Positions 18,648 through 28,162 of a stretch of DNA of 64,000 nucleotides are shown here, piece by piece. Source of the stretch: Candidatus Doudnabacteria bacterium (GTDB taxonomy: Bacteria > Patescibacteriota > Doudnabacteria > UBA920); assembly GCA_031291995.1 (NCBI GenBank), contig JARLHZ010000025.1:91965-155964 (forward strand). Direction: 5' to 3'. Within the stretch, counting starts at the first letter, position 1; each line of letters opens with the position of its first letter. A program made the position numbers and the translations under genes. The notes beneath the pieces are model-generated. The model was not told the DNA's origin. It saw nothing but the letters and a program-made list of their open reading frames with translations, and ran no database searches.

Positions 18648-20174
18648 TTATACAAATCCGGGGAAAAAGTCGGTTTTGATGCTGTTCTTGCCGACACCCA
18701 TGTCCGACAGGGTTTTTTCAAAAGCCGCGACCATGCCGTGCGGCCCCGAGAGGTAAAATTTTCGCTCCTTATAATCCGGAACCTGTTCGGCAATCATTTT
18801 AGCGTCAACCGGGCCGACGTGCCCCTGCCACTGTGGAGGGACTTGCGAGGCATCGGTTAAAGTATAAATAACTTTTAAACCCAAATTTTCGACGGCCCGG
18901 TCAAAAATATCCGTGTAGACCACTTCGGAAATATTTTTATTACTGTAAAACATGATAATATCCCTGGGTTGATTCGTGTCAACCAGATATTTTATCATGC
19001 TGCGAAACGGGGTTACGCCGATGCCGCCGGCAATGAACACGCTTTTTTCCGCGGATTTTTTGGGTAAAGTAAAATCCCCGGCTAGCTGGCCGGCCAATAT
19101 TTTGTCGCCCGGTTCCATAGCCAGCATGGATTGTTTGTAACTGCTCGCCGGTTCGTAAAATTTTACGCCCATAATAATTTCCCGTTCCGTCGGCGCGGAA
19201 GCGATGGTAAAATAACGCCGGTTGCCGCGGTTGTCGGTTTTGTCGTGTTCCAGGGTCCATTCAAAATACTGGCCCGCGCGGAAATTCATTGCGGTATCCG
19301 CGGCAAAAACAAAATCATAAATGGTCGGAGCCAGTTTAATTTTTTCTTTTAGTGTCAGAAGCAGCTTTTTTTTGGGGCTGACTATGTAGGCAAAGACATT
19401 CCCGGCCAAAAGTGAGAGTTCCGGTGTGGAATATACCGCGCCCAGGTGGATTTGCGGCGCGAACATAAAACCCACCAGGCCCCCGTAAATTATTTGCAGG
19501 GATTTGGTCGGGGGCGTGGTCAGCGGTTCGGTCAGCATGACAAAGGCGAAAAAGAACAAGGGCGAATCGACAATAATTTTTTGCAAAGATCCGGCCAGTG
19601 GCAAGCCGCGCGCCAAATCAAAGCCTAGAATGGTTACGGTCGCCGCGATAAAAAAGCTAAAGACTAAATCAAATCTCCTGATTTTTCTGACAATTAAAAC
19701 GCCGCCGGCAAACACGAACGGCAGCATCCATAAAGTGCCAACCCACCAGCTGGCCGATTGGTTGATGGTAATGGCGGTTAAGGCTACGGCAAACGCCGCG
19801 GGGTTAAAAATATGTTTGCGGTTTATTGCAAAAATATACTTTGAAGTTTCCGACCAGATCGCGGCCCACGCGACAAAACCGAAATAGGCGGCATCCAGGG
19901 TTTTAATGGGAGTTATAATCAAAGCCAAAATGAGCGCGGTAATATATACCGATTCCACATTGGTCGGAACTTTAAAAATCCAGGCGGAAACTACATTTAC
20001 TATCCAGCATAAAAGTGTAATAAAAAATACGGAGTAAACCAGGCCGACCGGATTGTAAGGTAGAATCCCGAGCAAGCTTAAGGCCACAGCCACAGCCAAA
20101 AGGCCGAGCAGGTAATAGAGAACCAGTCGGTACATGGTTATTTTATTCAGGAAGTTGTCGATGGAATTGAGCAT
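18648..20174 (-). CDS. membrane oxidoreductase: RnfD/NqrB-like domain fused to FAD/NAD-binding FNR domain
   Basis: KHIFNPAA, MLTEPLTTP; RYFTIAS, FIAGGIGVTPFRSM, YLSGP. Confidence 0.88.
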   Translation of the reverse strand: MLNSIDNFLNKITMYRLVLYYLLGLLAVAVALSLLGILPYNPVGLVYSVFFITLLCWIVNVVSAWIFKVPTNVESVYITALILALIITPIKTLDAAYFGFVAWAAIWSETSKYIFAINRKHIFNPAAFAVALTAITINQSASWWVGTLWMLPFVFAGGVLIVRKIRRFDLVFSFFIAATVTILGFDLARGLPLAGSLQKIIVDSPLFFFAFVMLTEPLTTPPTKSLQIIYGGLVGFMFAPQIHLGAVYSTPELSLLAGNVFAYIVSPKKKLLLTLKEKIKLAPTIYDFVFAADTAMNFRAGQYFEWTLEHDKTDNRGNRRYFTIASAPTEREIIMGVKFYEPASSYKQSMLAMEPGDKILAGQLAGDFTLPKKSAEKSVFIAGGIGVTPFRSMIKYLVDTNQPRDIIMFYSNKNISEVVYTDIFDRAVENLGLKVIYTLTDASQVPPQWQGHVGPVDAKMIAEQVPDYKERKFYLSGPHGMVAAFEKTLSDMGVGKNSIKTDFFPGFV

Positions 20175-20238
20175 GTGCGGTTCGATTGGCGGGGTGGATT
20201 TTATATATGTTCGGAAAGTATATGCCAAATGTGGCTTG

Positions 20239-20871
20239 TTAGGTTTTGGCCTGTGCCAAGGCCGCGGCCAGGGATTGTTGGAAGGCCTGGCTGGTGTCCG
20301 TTGCGCCCGATACTATGTCCACTGAAGCGGATTGCGCGGCTATGGCTTCCTGTTTTAAGTATGGCATGGCCTGGCCGTTGATATAGCGGGAAGTACTGCG
20401 GTCGCTTGGGTATTGCAAAAATATGACATCCGTAATTTTACCGCCCGAAACCGTGACTTTAACCTGGACATTTCCATAGTACGCGTCGGCCACGGTTCCC
20501 GTGTACTGGCCGTCTGTATATTGCCCTTTTGGAGCGGGAGCCGCGGTTAATGTGGGTGTTGGCTGCGGGGCGGGCGCCGGCTTGGCGGTTAATGTGGGCG
20601 TGGGTTGGGCCGCTTGGCTGGTCGGAGTTGGAGCTGTGGCCGTTGGCGAAGGTGATTGGCTGCGGCCGGCCGGATTGTCGGGCGGATTATTGGATATTGG
20701 CGTTTGGGTGGAAATATTTGAATTCGGAGCCGTTGAAGTTGGAACAATCGCCGCCGGAGAAGTGACGGAGACATCCGCAAAAGCACCGGGGTTTTGACCC
20801 AACCGGTTTTGATAAACGGCGTAAAATGCAAAGCCGCCGATAAAAATTAAAGAATAAATAAATTTTTTCAT
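20239..20871 (-). CDS. FMN-binding domain protein, membrane anchored with Pro/Thr-rich linker
   Basis: YTDGQYTG..YGNVQV; DIVSGATDTS flavinylation motif. Confidence 0.9.
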   Translation of the reverse strand: MKKFIYSLIFIGGFAFYAVYQNRLGQNPGAFADVSVTSPAAIVPTSTAPNSNISTQTPISNNPPDNPAGRSQSPSPTATAPTPTSQAAQPTPTLTAKPAPAPQPTPTLTAAPAPKGQYTDGQYTGTVADAYYGNVQVKVTVSGGKITDVIFLQYPSDRSTSRYINGQAMPYLKQEAIAAQSASVDIVSGATDTSQAFQQSLAAALAQAKT

Positions 20872-20877
20872 GGCTGA

Positions 20878-21411
20878 TTACTCGCTGTCGTCGTCATTGT
20901 TACGATCGTTGGCGCCGGTGTATTGGCCGTCTATCCAACCGGCTTCGTTTGAATTGATATTAATTTTGTACCAGCCGTTTTTTGTGGCGGTATAAGCATG
21001 GGTCTCTCCGGGATAAACTTTGCCGATAACCGTGCCTGATATTGATGGCTGGTCTCTGACATTTAAATAACCCGTTGGCGTATTGGATATTTTAATATAT
21101 TTTGGCGCCGTGGTCGCCGCTGGTAACGGTGTTGCCTCTGCCACAGGTGTTGGCGCGGCTGCCGGGCCGGTCGTTGTTGAGGATTTTGCGGCCGGAGGCT
21201 GGGGCGAAACTTCCACCAGCGGTTGAATTTGTGATTCCGGGGATTGGACTGCTGTCCCCAATCCGCTGTCTTTTCCCCGGACATTTTCTTGCGCTTCGAT
21301 GACTTGGCCGGCGTTGAACAGTTTTTTGCTGCCGATTACTAAAATTGCCAGTCCCAGGATGGCAAAAATTAATTTAAGCCATGGAAGTTTTTTGGTGCGA
21401 GTATTTTTCAT
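20878..21411 (-). CDS. SH3 domain-containing membrane-anchored protein
   Basis: GYLNVRDQPS...GWYKI...GWIDGQY. Confidence 0.85.
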   Translation of the reverse strand: MKNTRTKKLPWLKLIFAILGLAILVIGSKKLFNAGQVIEAQENVRGKDSGLGTAVQSPESQIQPLVEVSPQPPAAKSSTTTGPAAAPTPVAEATPLPAATTAPKYIKISNTPTGYLNVRDQPSISGTVIGKVYPGETHAYTATKNGWYKININSNEAGWIDGQYTGANDRNNDDDSE

Positions 21412-21455
21412 GATCTTTGAATTTTCAGCTCATTTCCGGCTCGGCAAATTTAAGA

Positions 21456-21860
21456 TTAACTTTGAGCCTGGGATAAAGCGGAGGCCAGGGATTGTTGAAA
21501 AGCCTGGCTGGTCGCCGTGGCGCCCGAAACCCCGTTAACCTGCGCGGTTTGCGCGGCAATGGCTTCCCGTTGCAGGTACGGCATGGCCTGGCCGTTAATG
21601 CTTCTGGAAGTGGAACGGTCGTTGGGATACTGTAAAAAATTTACCCCCGACACTTTGCCGCTCGCAATCGTAACCTGAACCTGGACATTGCCATAATAGG
21701 CGTTTGTCACACCGCCGGTGTAAACGCCATTTTTATAGCTGACATTGGCGTTGGCCGGAGTTATAGTTGGGGCGGTGACCAAATGACCGCCAAAGTGCTG
21801 GTAAAAAATCCCGATTAAAATGGCAATGGCTACCGCGCCGGATAAAAGTATTTTTTTCAT
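21456..21860 (-). CDS. FMN-binding domain protein
   Basis: YKNGVYTG..YGNVQV; VSGATATS flavinylation motif. Confidence 0.9.
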   Translation of the reverse strand: MKKILLSGAVAIAILIGIFYQHFGGHLVTAPTITPANANVSYKNGVYTGGVTNAYYGNVQVQVTIASGKVSGVNFLQYPNDRSTSRSINGQAMPYLQREAIAAQTAQVNGVSGATATSQAFQQSLASALSQAQS

Positions 21861-21911
21861 AATGTGGTGGTATTTACGCTGATTATATATATATCAGCAT
21901 ACAAACACCAC

Positions 21912-21928
21912 ATGAAGTAATTATGAAG
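21912..21928 (-). promoter_or_regulatory. OmpR/PhoB-type tandem box 1
   Basis: Minus strand CTTCAT-aatta-CTTCAT, then 10 nt, then TATGCT. Confidence 0.6.
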
Positions 21929-21939
21929 CGTAAAATTGG

Positions 21940-23343
21940 CTATTGCGCGGGAACCAATAATTCTAAATGGTAAATATTGTTGTTGCTGGAGTTTAAGCCC
22001 TGATTTTTAATAATCCCCCGGAAGGTATATTTTTGGCGCGCGGCCAGTCCGGCAATATTCTGGCCGGTAACGGGCAAATCATACGGTCCGACCGCCCCGG
22101 CGGATTCGTCGGATATTATGGAATAACCATTCTGCTGTTCCAAAACATAACCGGTAATGGTGACCGTCTGGCCCAGATAATTCCCCGCATGCCTGCTGAC
22201 AGCGCCGACGCTCAAGGCCGGCGTTCCGGGTTTGGATAAAATAATATCCAGCCCGTCCGGGATATTTAATTGTCCATCGGCCGCGCCCGGTTTACGGGTT
22301 ACTCCATATTGCCAAACAATTTTGCCGGTCTGCTTGTTAATGACTATGACCCGATGGTTTAAATCATCATTGGCCAAAATATTCCCGTTAGGCAGTTCAA
22401 TGGCCAGCGATGGATGGTTTAATTTTACGTCCCCGGCCTGCCCGCTGAATTTCCAAATAATTTTTCCCTGTCGGCTAACCTCCACGATTTGTCCGGGATT
22501 GCTGTAATCGGAAATTAAAATATTTCCGGCCCGAGTCAGTTGCGGATCGGACGGGTATTTAACGGGCAAAGGCATGGTAAACACCGGCTGCCAATTTTGG
22601 TCCAGTTCCAGCAGATTCCTGCCCACAATATTACTAATGAAGGTATGTCCGTTAGGCAGAGGCGTGTCGCCATTGGGCTTATCCAGTTGGCTCAGGCCAT
22701 TGCCGCATTTGCCCGTTATGCCGTATTGGCGCACAATATTTTTGCCGGGCGCGATTTCCAAAATCCGGCAATTTTTTATGTCCGCGACGGTAACGTCACC
22801 GTTCGGGAGGCGATATGCGTCGTCCGGAGTGTTCAAATATCCCGTCCCGGCGCCGGGGTGTCCTGCTGTGCCGTAAGACCAGGTGACCTGCTTGCTGGCA
22901 TAATTAATAATCTGAATAACGTGGTATTCTTCCAGGTTGACGATAATGGAGTTGCCGTTGTCGGTAAAGAATGAGTCGTCGGCGCCCAGGCCGGGTTTGG
23001 GAAGACTGAACCGGTATTGCCAAATAATTTTTTTATCCGGCGTGACTTCAATCAGCCGGTTGTTTCCGCGGTCAGCTATCAGGACATTGTAGCCGCCTAA
23101 GGCCGAGGCGTCCTGCGGTTCCCCCTGAATATCCAGAGTGGTTACTGGGACTGATGTCGCGGCGGGAAGTTCCTCGTCGCCGTCAGCCGTTGGATCCTGG
23201 GATTCTTTGTCGCCGTCGCTGGCTCCCGCGCGGGACTGGCTAAACAGGAATGTTTGGTGCCCGCCGCGGGCAAGCAGTACTGTCCCGCCAAATATGACGC
23301 AGGCAAGCCCAATTATTCCGATAATAATATAAAATTTTCGCAT
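21940..23343 (-). CDS. exported beta-propeller protein (NHL/PQQ-like repeats)
   Basis: Repeats LIADRGNNRLIEV, PDDAYRLPNG, PNGNILANDD; N-terminal TM. Confidence 0.8.
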   Translation of the reverse strand: MRKFYIIIGIIGLACVIFGGTVLLARGGHQTFLFSQSRAGASDGDKESQDPTADGDEELPAATSVPVTTLDIQGEPQDASALGGYNVLIADRGNNRLIEVTPDKKIIWQYRFSLPKPGLGADDSFFTDNGNSIIVNLEEYHVIQIINYASKQVTWSYGTAGHPGAGTGYLNTPDDAYRLPNGDVTVADIKNCRILEIAPGKNIVRQYGITGKCGNGLSQLDKPNGDTPLPNGHTFISNIVGRNLLELDQNWQPVFTMPLPVKYPSDPQLTRAGNILISDYSNPGQIVEVSRQGKIIWKFSGQAGDVKLNHPSLAIELPNGNILANDDLNHRVIVINKQTGKIVWQYGVTRKPGAADGQLNIPDGLDIILSKPGTPALSVGAVSRHAGNYLGQTVTITGYVLEQQNGYSIISDESAGAVGPYDLPVTGQNIAGLAARQKYTFRGIIKNQGLNSSNNNIYHLELLVPAQ

Positions 23344-23353
23344 GCGGCTGAAA

Positions 23354-24376
23354 TTAAAAATTATTTAAAGCCGGCAGGTTTATGGCAATAGTGGTGCCCG
23401 AAGACAGCCGGCTTCTCACGGTTATAAAACCGCCGTGGCCGTCGATTATGGCTTTAACAATCGATAGGCCCAGGCCGGTTCCTTGGCCGTGCTTGGACTG
23501 GTCGGTTTGGTAAAAACGTTCAAAAATAAGCGGCAGGTCACTTTCCGCGATGCCGATTCCGGTATCGGTAATGCTGATTTCCGCCCGGTTTTTGCCGGCG
23601 TTTGCGCCAATCCGCACCCGACCGCCGGGTTTGTTGTATTTGATGGCATTTTCTATAACATTTCCCAAAGCGTGTTCCAGAAAATGGCTGTTACCCAAAA
23701 TTTTTACCGGCGCGATTTCCTCCACGCTTAATTCCACTTGGCGGCTGTGGGAATAATTTTGGAATTTTGCGGCCGTGCCGACTATTAGCTGTTGTAAATC
23801 CAGAGGTAAAAAGTTTTGCCTGAACGTTATGTCTTCGGCTTTGGATAAATCCAGGAGCTGGCTGCTTAAATGGGTCAGGTTGCCTATCTCTTCCAAAACG
23901 CTGTCCAGGGTGTTTTTGACTTCCGGAGCTGCCGGAGTTTTTTGCCGGAGCAGAACCTCAATGTCCGTACGCATTACGGCAAGCGGAGTGCGCAGCTCGT
24001 GCGAAGCATCGGCCACAAAACGTTTTTGGCCTTCCAGAGTTTGCTTGATGGGTTTTAAAGTGTAGCCGGCAAACGAGTAACTGCTGAAAGCGGCAATCAG
24101 CAGTATTGTCCCGTCAATCGCGACGAGCAGCCAGGCCAGCCGTTCATGGGAATCTTCCAAAAAATTTTCTTCCTGCCCGGGTTCCGCCCGGATGTATTCA
24201 TGGAAGGAACGCTGGATTTGTCTTGTGGAAACAATATAAAAACTGATGCTAAAAAGCGTGACGATTACCAAAATAATCGCCATGTACCACAAGGTCAGTT
24301 TTATCCGCGCCCGATGGAAGGCGTCAGAATTCCAGGCGGTAGCCCAGGCCCCGGACGGTTTGGAGGTTTTTACCAT
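23354..24376 (-). CDS. sensor histidine kinase
   Basis: ASHELRTPL H-box, NAIKY, DTGIGI, GTGLGL. Confidence 0.93.
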   Translation of the reverse strand: MVKTSKPSGAWATAWNSDAFHRARIKLTLWYMAIILVIVTLFSISFYIVSTRQIQRSFHEYIRAEPGQEENFLEDSHERLAWLLVAIDGTILLIAAFSSYSFAGYTLKPIKQTLEGQKRFVADASHELRTPLAVMRTDIEVLLRQKTPAAPEVKNTLDSVLEEIGNLTHLSSQLLDLSKAEDITFRQNFLPLDLQQLIVGTAAKFQNYSHSRQVELSVEEIAPVKILGNSHFLEHALGNVIENAIKYNKPGGRVRIGANAGKNRAEISITDTGIGIAESDLPLIFERFYQTDQSKHGQGTGLGLSIVKAIIDGHGGFITVRSRLSSGTTIAINLPALNNF

Positions 24377-24992
24377 AGTCTCCCAGTTTCTTTCTTAAAT
24401 TTTTAATATGCACATCAACTACGTTGCTAAATGAATCAAAGGAGAAATCCCAAACCGCCGCCAGGATTTGGTCCCGGGATAAGACTTGTCCGGGATGGCG
24501 CATAAAATATTCCAGCAGGCGGAGTTCCCTTAAGGTCAGGTTTAGCGGCTGTCCGCCAAGGGTCAGCTGTTTTTTGGCGTTATTTAAAATGAGCGGCCCG
24601 ACCAATAACGATTCCGACTGGGAAGTTTGCGGGCGGCGGGACAGGGCGCGAATCCTCGCCAGGAGCTCGGTAAATTCAAACGGTTTTATCAGGTAGTCGT
24701 CGGCGCCCGAATCCAAGCCCAGCACTTTGTCTTCCGTGGTATCTCTGGATGTCAGCATTAAAACAGGCGTAATAATATTGTCCGCGCGCCAGGCGGCGCA
24801 AACCGCGACGCCGTTTTTCCCCGGCAACATGACGTCCAAAATAACCAAATCATAAATGTCACGGCGGGTTTTGAGCCGGCGTTCCCCCGATTCCCCGTCA
24901 AATAATAAGTCTACCGCGTAGTTTTCCTGCTCCAGCCCGCGCTTGAGGGAATTAGCCAGTTTTGTGTTGTCTTCTATTACCAGGATTTTCAT
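24324..24992 (-). CDS. OmpR-family response regulator
   Basis: ILVIED, LDVMLPG, GADDYLIKPF, TVRGLGY. Confidence 0.95.
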   Translation of the reverse strand: MKILVIEDNTKLANSLKRGLEQENYAVDLLFDGESGERRLKTRRDIYDLVILDVMLPGKNGVAVCAAWRADNIITPVLMLTSRDTTEDKVLGLDSGADDYLIKPFEFTELLARIRALSRRPQTSQSESLLVGPLILNNAKKQLTLGGQPLNLTLRELRLLEYFMRHPGQVLSRDQILAAVWDFSFDSFSNVVDVHIKNLRKKLGDYGKNLQTVRGLGYRLEF

Positions 24993-25015
24993 TGTAATTA
25001 TAATATTATTTTAAC

Positions 25016-25032
25016 ATGAAGCGCCCGTGAAG
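25016..25032 (-). promoter_or_regulatory. OmpR/PhoB-type tandem box 2
   Basis: Minus strand CTTCAC-gggcg-CTTCAT, then 10 nt, then TATTAT. Confidence 0.6.
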
Positions 25033-25100
25033 TCTTCCCATAGCCGCCATAAAAAATCGCCCCGCGGGATGATTGTGTAATGGCGGCGGCTTGCCGGCAA

Positions 25101-26585
25101 TTATTTAAGGCCAATGATTATTTTTTCGGCTCGCGCCCGGGAAAAATTGAAGGATTGCCAGGAATGGGCACTTTGGTTGTTTTCCATTTGCATAAATATG
25201 TCGGCGGCTAAAGCGGGCAGGGTGTCTCCCCGCTTGTCGTTTAACTCCGGCATTTCTAGCAGTCGCGAAATTTCCGGGGCGGCGTCGGCCGATAAGGAGT
25301 AAAAATATGTCCCATCCAGCCTGCCGGATTTAGCGAATTGCGCGATGTTTTTTCGCGCGATAAACGCTTCCGGGTTAAACAGGTTAAAGACCGCGAAAAA
25401 AGCCAGCATGGACAAAAATATGCCAAAAATGAACGGCCGTGTTTCCATCCCCCCAATAATTTTATACCCAAGCCACAAAAATACCGCCGCAAGCCAAATT
25501 ATAAAGGCTTGCACTAAAATTCGAAGCAGAGTAAAGCCGTAAGCCTGCTCATAAACACTCAACCTTAAAAAAGCCGATGCCATAATGACCAGGGTTAATA
25601 CTATCAAGCAATTGCTCAAAATTTTAAACCGGCTTGCGTGAGCCCCCGATTTTTTTTCTATATATTTTTCCGCGACAAATATTAGCGCGAAAGTCATTAG
25701 AGCGATAACAACCAATTCTCCAAACCCTTTATGCGCGTATTCCGCGTAGGTGTAGCCCAGCGCGGCAATGGCGCCGTGTCCGCCGAACAGGTAGCGAATT
25801 TGGAACAAGACGAACGCCAGGAACAATACATTCAGCGTTCCGAACAAAATCCCGCCCTCAATATTGCCGAGCACGTAGCCGGAAGTTTCTTCCGGATTCG
25901 GCGCTGTTTCTTTGGAAGTGCTGTTTTCCAAAACATAAACATAAGCCCCCAGCCAAATAAACGCGATAAAAACCGCCCACCAAATTTGGGCTACCGCATC
26001 CGGCGAAAGGTTTACGTTAAGTTTGAATAATCCGGACACAAAATGGTTAAAAGCCAGATCGGCCGAAGACATTAGCACCAAAAATAACAAAGCAATCGGC
26101 AGGGTAATTAAGATGCCCTTGGTAACCTGGGAAGCCTTCCGGTACTCGATTGCGCCTTTTCTCACCGCTAACATCTTTACAATACTGCCAAAAGATTTGC
26201 CCAATATTTTTAACGGCAAGAGAAATGCGGTTTTTAAATAATCGGAAAACAAGCAGCTTTTTATGTTCCGTCCTGCCAAGTGATGCGACAGCAATAACAA
26301 CAGGCCAAAGGTAATAATCAAATTCCAAAACAGCAAAAATCCGCTGTCGCGTACCGCTACCATGCCGGAAAAAAATACTATTGGCACAATATACCATAGC
26401 GCAATCTTATTATAGCTGACTTTAAACGCGCGGAGTAAACTGAACAACATCAGAAGAAGTAAACAAACATAAATAAAAAAAGAAATGCCGACCTGTTTTT
26501 GGAAAAAAAAATAATCGAATATTAATCCGAGCGCCAAAGCCGCTGCCGCCACTGACCACAGGTTTTTTGAAGATAATGTTTGCAT
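25101..26585 (-). CDS. DUF4153/DUF4173 family membrane protein
   Basis: TYAEYAHKGFGEL, RLSVYEQAYGFTLLR, LSADAAP motifs. Confidence 0.85.
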   Translation of the reverse strand: MQTLSSKNLWSVAAAALALGLIFDYFFFQKQVGISFFIYVCLLLLMLFSLLRAFKVSYNKIALWYIVPIVFFSGMVAVRDSGFLLFWNLIITFGLLLLLSHHLAGRNIKSCLFSDYLKTAFLLPLKILGKSFGSIVKMLAVRKGAIEYRKASQVTKGILITLPIALLFLVLMSSADLAFNHFVSGLFKLNVNLSPDAVAQIWWAVFIAFIWLGAYVYVLENSTSKETAPNPEETSGYVLGNIEGGILFGTLNVLFLAFVLFQIRYLFGGHGAIAALGYTYAEYAHKGFGELVVIALMTFALIFVAEKYIEKKSGAHASRFKILSNCLIVLTLVIMASAFLRLSVYEQAYGFTLLRILVQAFIIWLAAVFLWLGYKIIGGMETRPFIFGIFLSMLAFFAVFNLFNPEAFIARKNIAQFAKSGRLDGTYFYSLSADAAPEISRLLEMPELNDKRGDTLPALAADIFMQMENNQSAHSWQSFNFSRARAEKIIIGLK

Positions 26586-26649
26586 ATATAAGCATTATAC
26601 GCCCCTAAGGAGCCCAAGTAAAACATCAAAAAAACCACTCTGGGTGGTT

Positions 26650-26900
26650 TTAGAAATAGTAGATGATATTATTTTTCCGCGAGCACTTTAATTTTTTCCA
26701 GCATCTTGTTCCAGCCGGGGACGAAGTCGTTATAAAATTCTGCCGGAAAATCCACGTGCACAGAACCCCCCGGCTCATAGTAGTCGGCTAAATCTATTTT
26801 GGCTCAGCAATTGCGTTCTTCATTTTCGTTTTTAAATTTTGGAACTTTGAGGCACTTTTTTATAAAGAGTCCATTCTCGCTTGCTTGCGGGCTTATGCTT
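26650..26900 (-). pseudogene. mosaic remnants resembling BrnT/BrnA toxin-antitoxin and an SRPBCC-like C-terminus
   Basis: PASKREWTLYKK; LKVPKFKNENEERNC*AKIDLADYYE with in-frame stop; GWNKMLEKIKVLAEK. Confidence 0.4.
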
Positions 26901-26913
26901 ACACCAAAAGCAG

Positions 26914-27786
26914 TTACGCTCCTATCTTCCAAATATTTTTTTCCAAAAATGCTTCTATGGTTTGCCTGTTTGCTTTATTTATTAAATTAGAATGTGAAAG
27001 CTTGTTTTGTTTTGCGTAATCTGCAAGAGTAACAATTTTTTTACCTTCCAAATAAGCCAGCCGTTTATGGTAACTATTAGTAAGCGCCTTCCCGACAATT
27101 CCTTCCATAATTACAGAAGCACCTTTTCGTTGGAATTCTTCAAAGGCGTCATAATATTTTCTTCTGTCAATAAATTTTATATTAATCGGGACAAAACCTT
27201 CTCTAATAAGAAGATAATTATTAATTACCCTGCCAATGCGCCCATTGCCGTCTATGAACGGATGAGTATATTCGAAACTTAGATGTAATTTTGCAATTCG
27301 TTTTATTATACTTTCGTGGCTCGCGGCATTGTATTCTTCAAACATTTTTTCCAGATGCGGTAAAATTTCTTTTGGTCCCGGGGCTATGTGGCTGCCGACG
27401 CGCACGTACTCGTCGTCTTTTCTAAACCGGCCGGCAATTTCGTCGCGAATGTTGGAAATTAACATTTTATGAAGCGATAAAATTACGTCTAGCGTTAATT
27501 CCTGTTCTTTGGATTTTTTTTCAATATATTCCACAACCCGCGCCAAATTTTTGGCTTCAAAAATTTCACGTTCGGAAATAAATCTGTCTAAGTCTATTTG
27601 TAAAAGTATTTTTTCCGTTTCGTCCAAAGTCAACGTGCTGTTTTCTATGGCATTGGAGTTATATACCTGTTCCGGCACTTCTGCTTCCGAGATAAGTTTT
27701 AGCAAGGCCCCTTTGCCTGTGGCGGCCTTATAATATCTTTCCCTAAGGTGATTTATTCGTTTATAGACATTTAATATCTTAGCCAT
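26914..27786 (-). CDS. Fic family protein
   Basis: HPFIDGNGRIGR motif; SNAIEN autoinhibitory motif; ATG at 27786. Confidence 0.92.
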   Translation of the reverse strand: MAKILNVYKRINHLRERYYKAATGKGALLKLISEAEVPEQVYNSNAIENSTLTLDETEKILLQIDLDRFISEREIFEAKNLARVVEYIEKKSKEQELTLDVILSLHKMLISNIRDEIAGRFRKDDEYVRVGSHIAPGPKEILPHLEKMFEEYNAASHESIIKRIAKLHLSFEYTHPFIDGNGRIGRVINNYLLIREGFVPINIKFIDRRKYYDAFEEFQRKGASVIMEGIVGKALTNSYHKRLAYLEGKKIVTLADYAKQNKLSHSNLINKANRQTIEAFLEKNIWKIGA

Positions 27787-27792
27787 ATTAAA

Positions 27793-27834
27793 AGTATATA
27801 CATATTTCACGGTTTTGTCAACATAACCGTGAAA
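27793..27834 (-). promoter_or_regulatory. sigma70 promoter overlapped by a palindromic operator
   Basis: TTGACA-17-TATACT; IR TTTCACGGTT/AACCGTGAAA. Confidence 0.65.
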
Positions 27835-28162
27835 AATGTATAAAAATCTTAATTTTTCACGGTTTTGAACAAAAACCGCCAAAAAGGCGATTTTTTAAGC
27901 GAAATTTTGTAATTTTTATTCAGATGCTCCATCCGTACTAATAAAACAACCCAGCCGTTAAAGAAATTTTCCTATGCGCCACTCTAATGTCAGTCATTTT
28001 GTTGTGGTTTAATTTGCGACGTAGAGCGAGTCCGGCTGCTTGCAGCCGAGCGAGCCGAGGAGCTAATACAGGTTCCTCCGAGGAGCCTTTATTTTTTATC
28101 TGGTTCGTGCGGTATACAAGCAAACTGGGAAAATAGATATTAAAAAACAATGGGTCATGTCC

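Noticed and set aside
20260-21730. Similar DNA blocks as a DGR template/variable pair
   Set aside because: Both lie within paralogous FMN-binding genes and the differences are not adenine-specific
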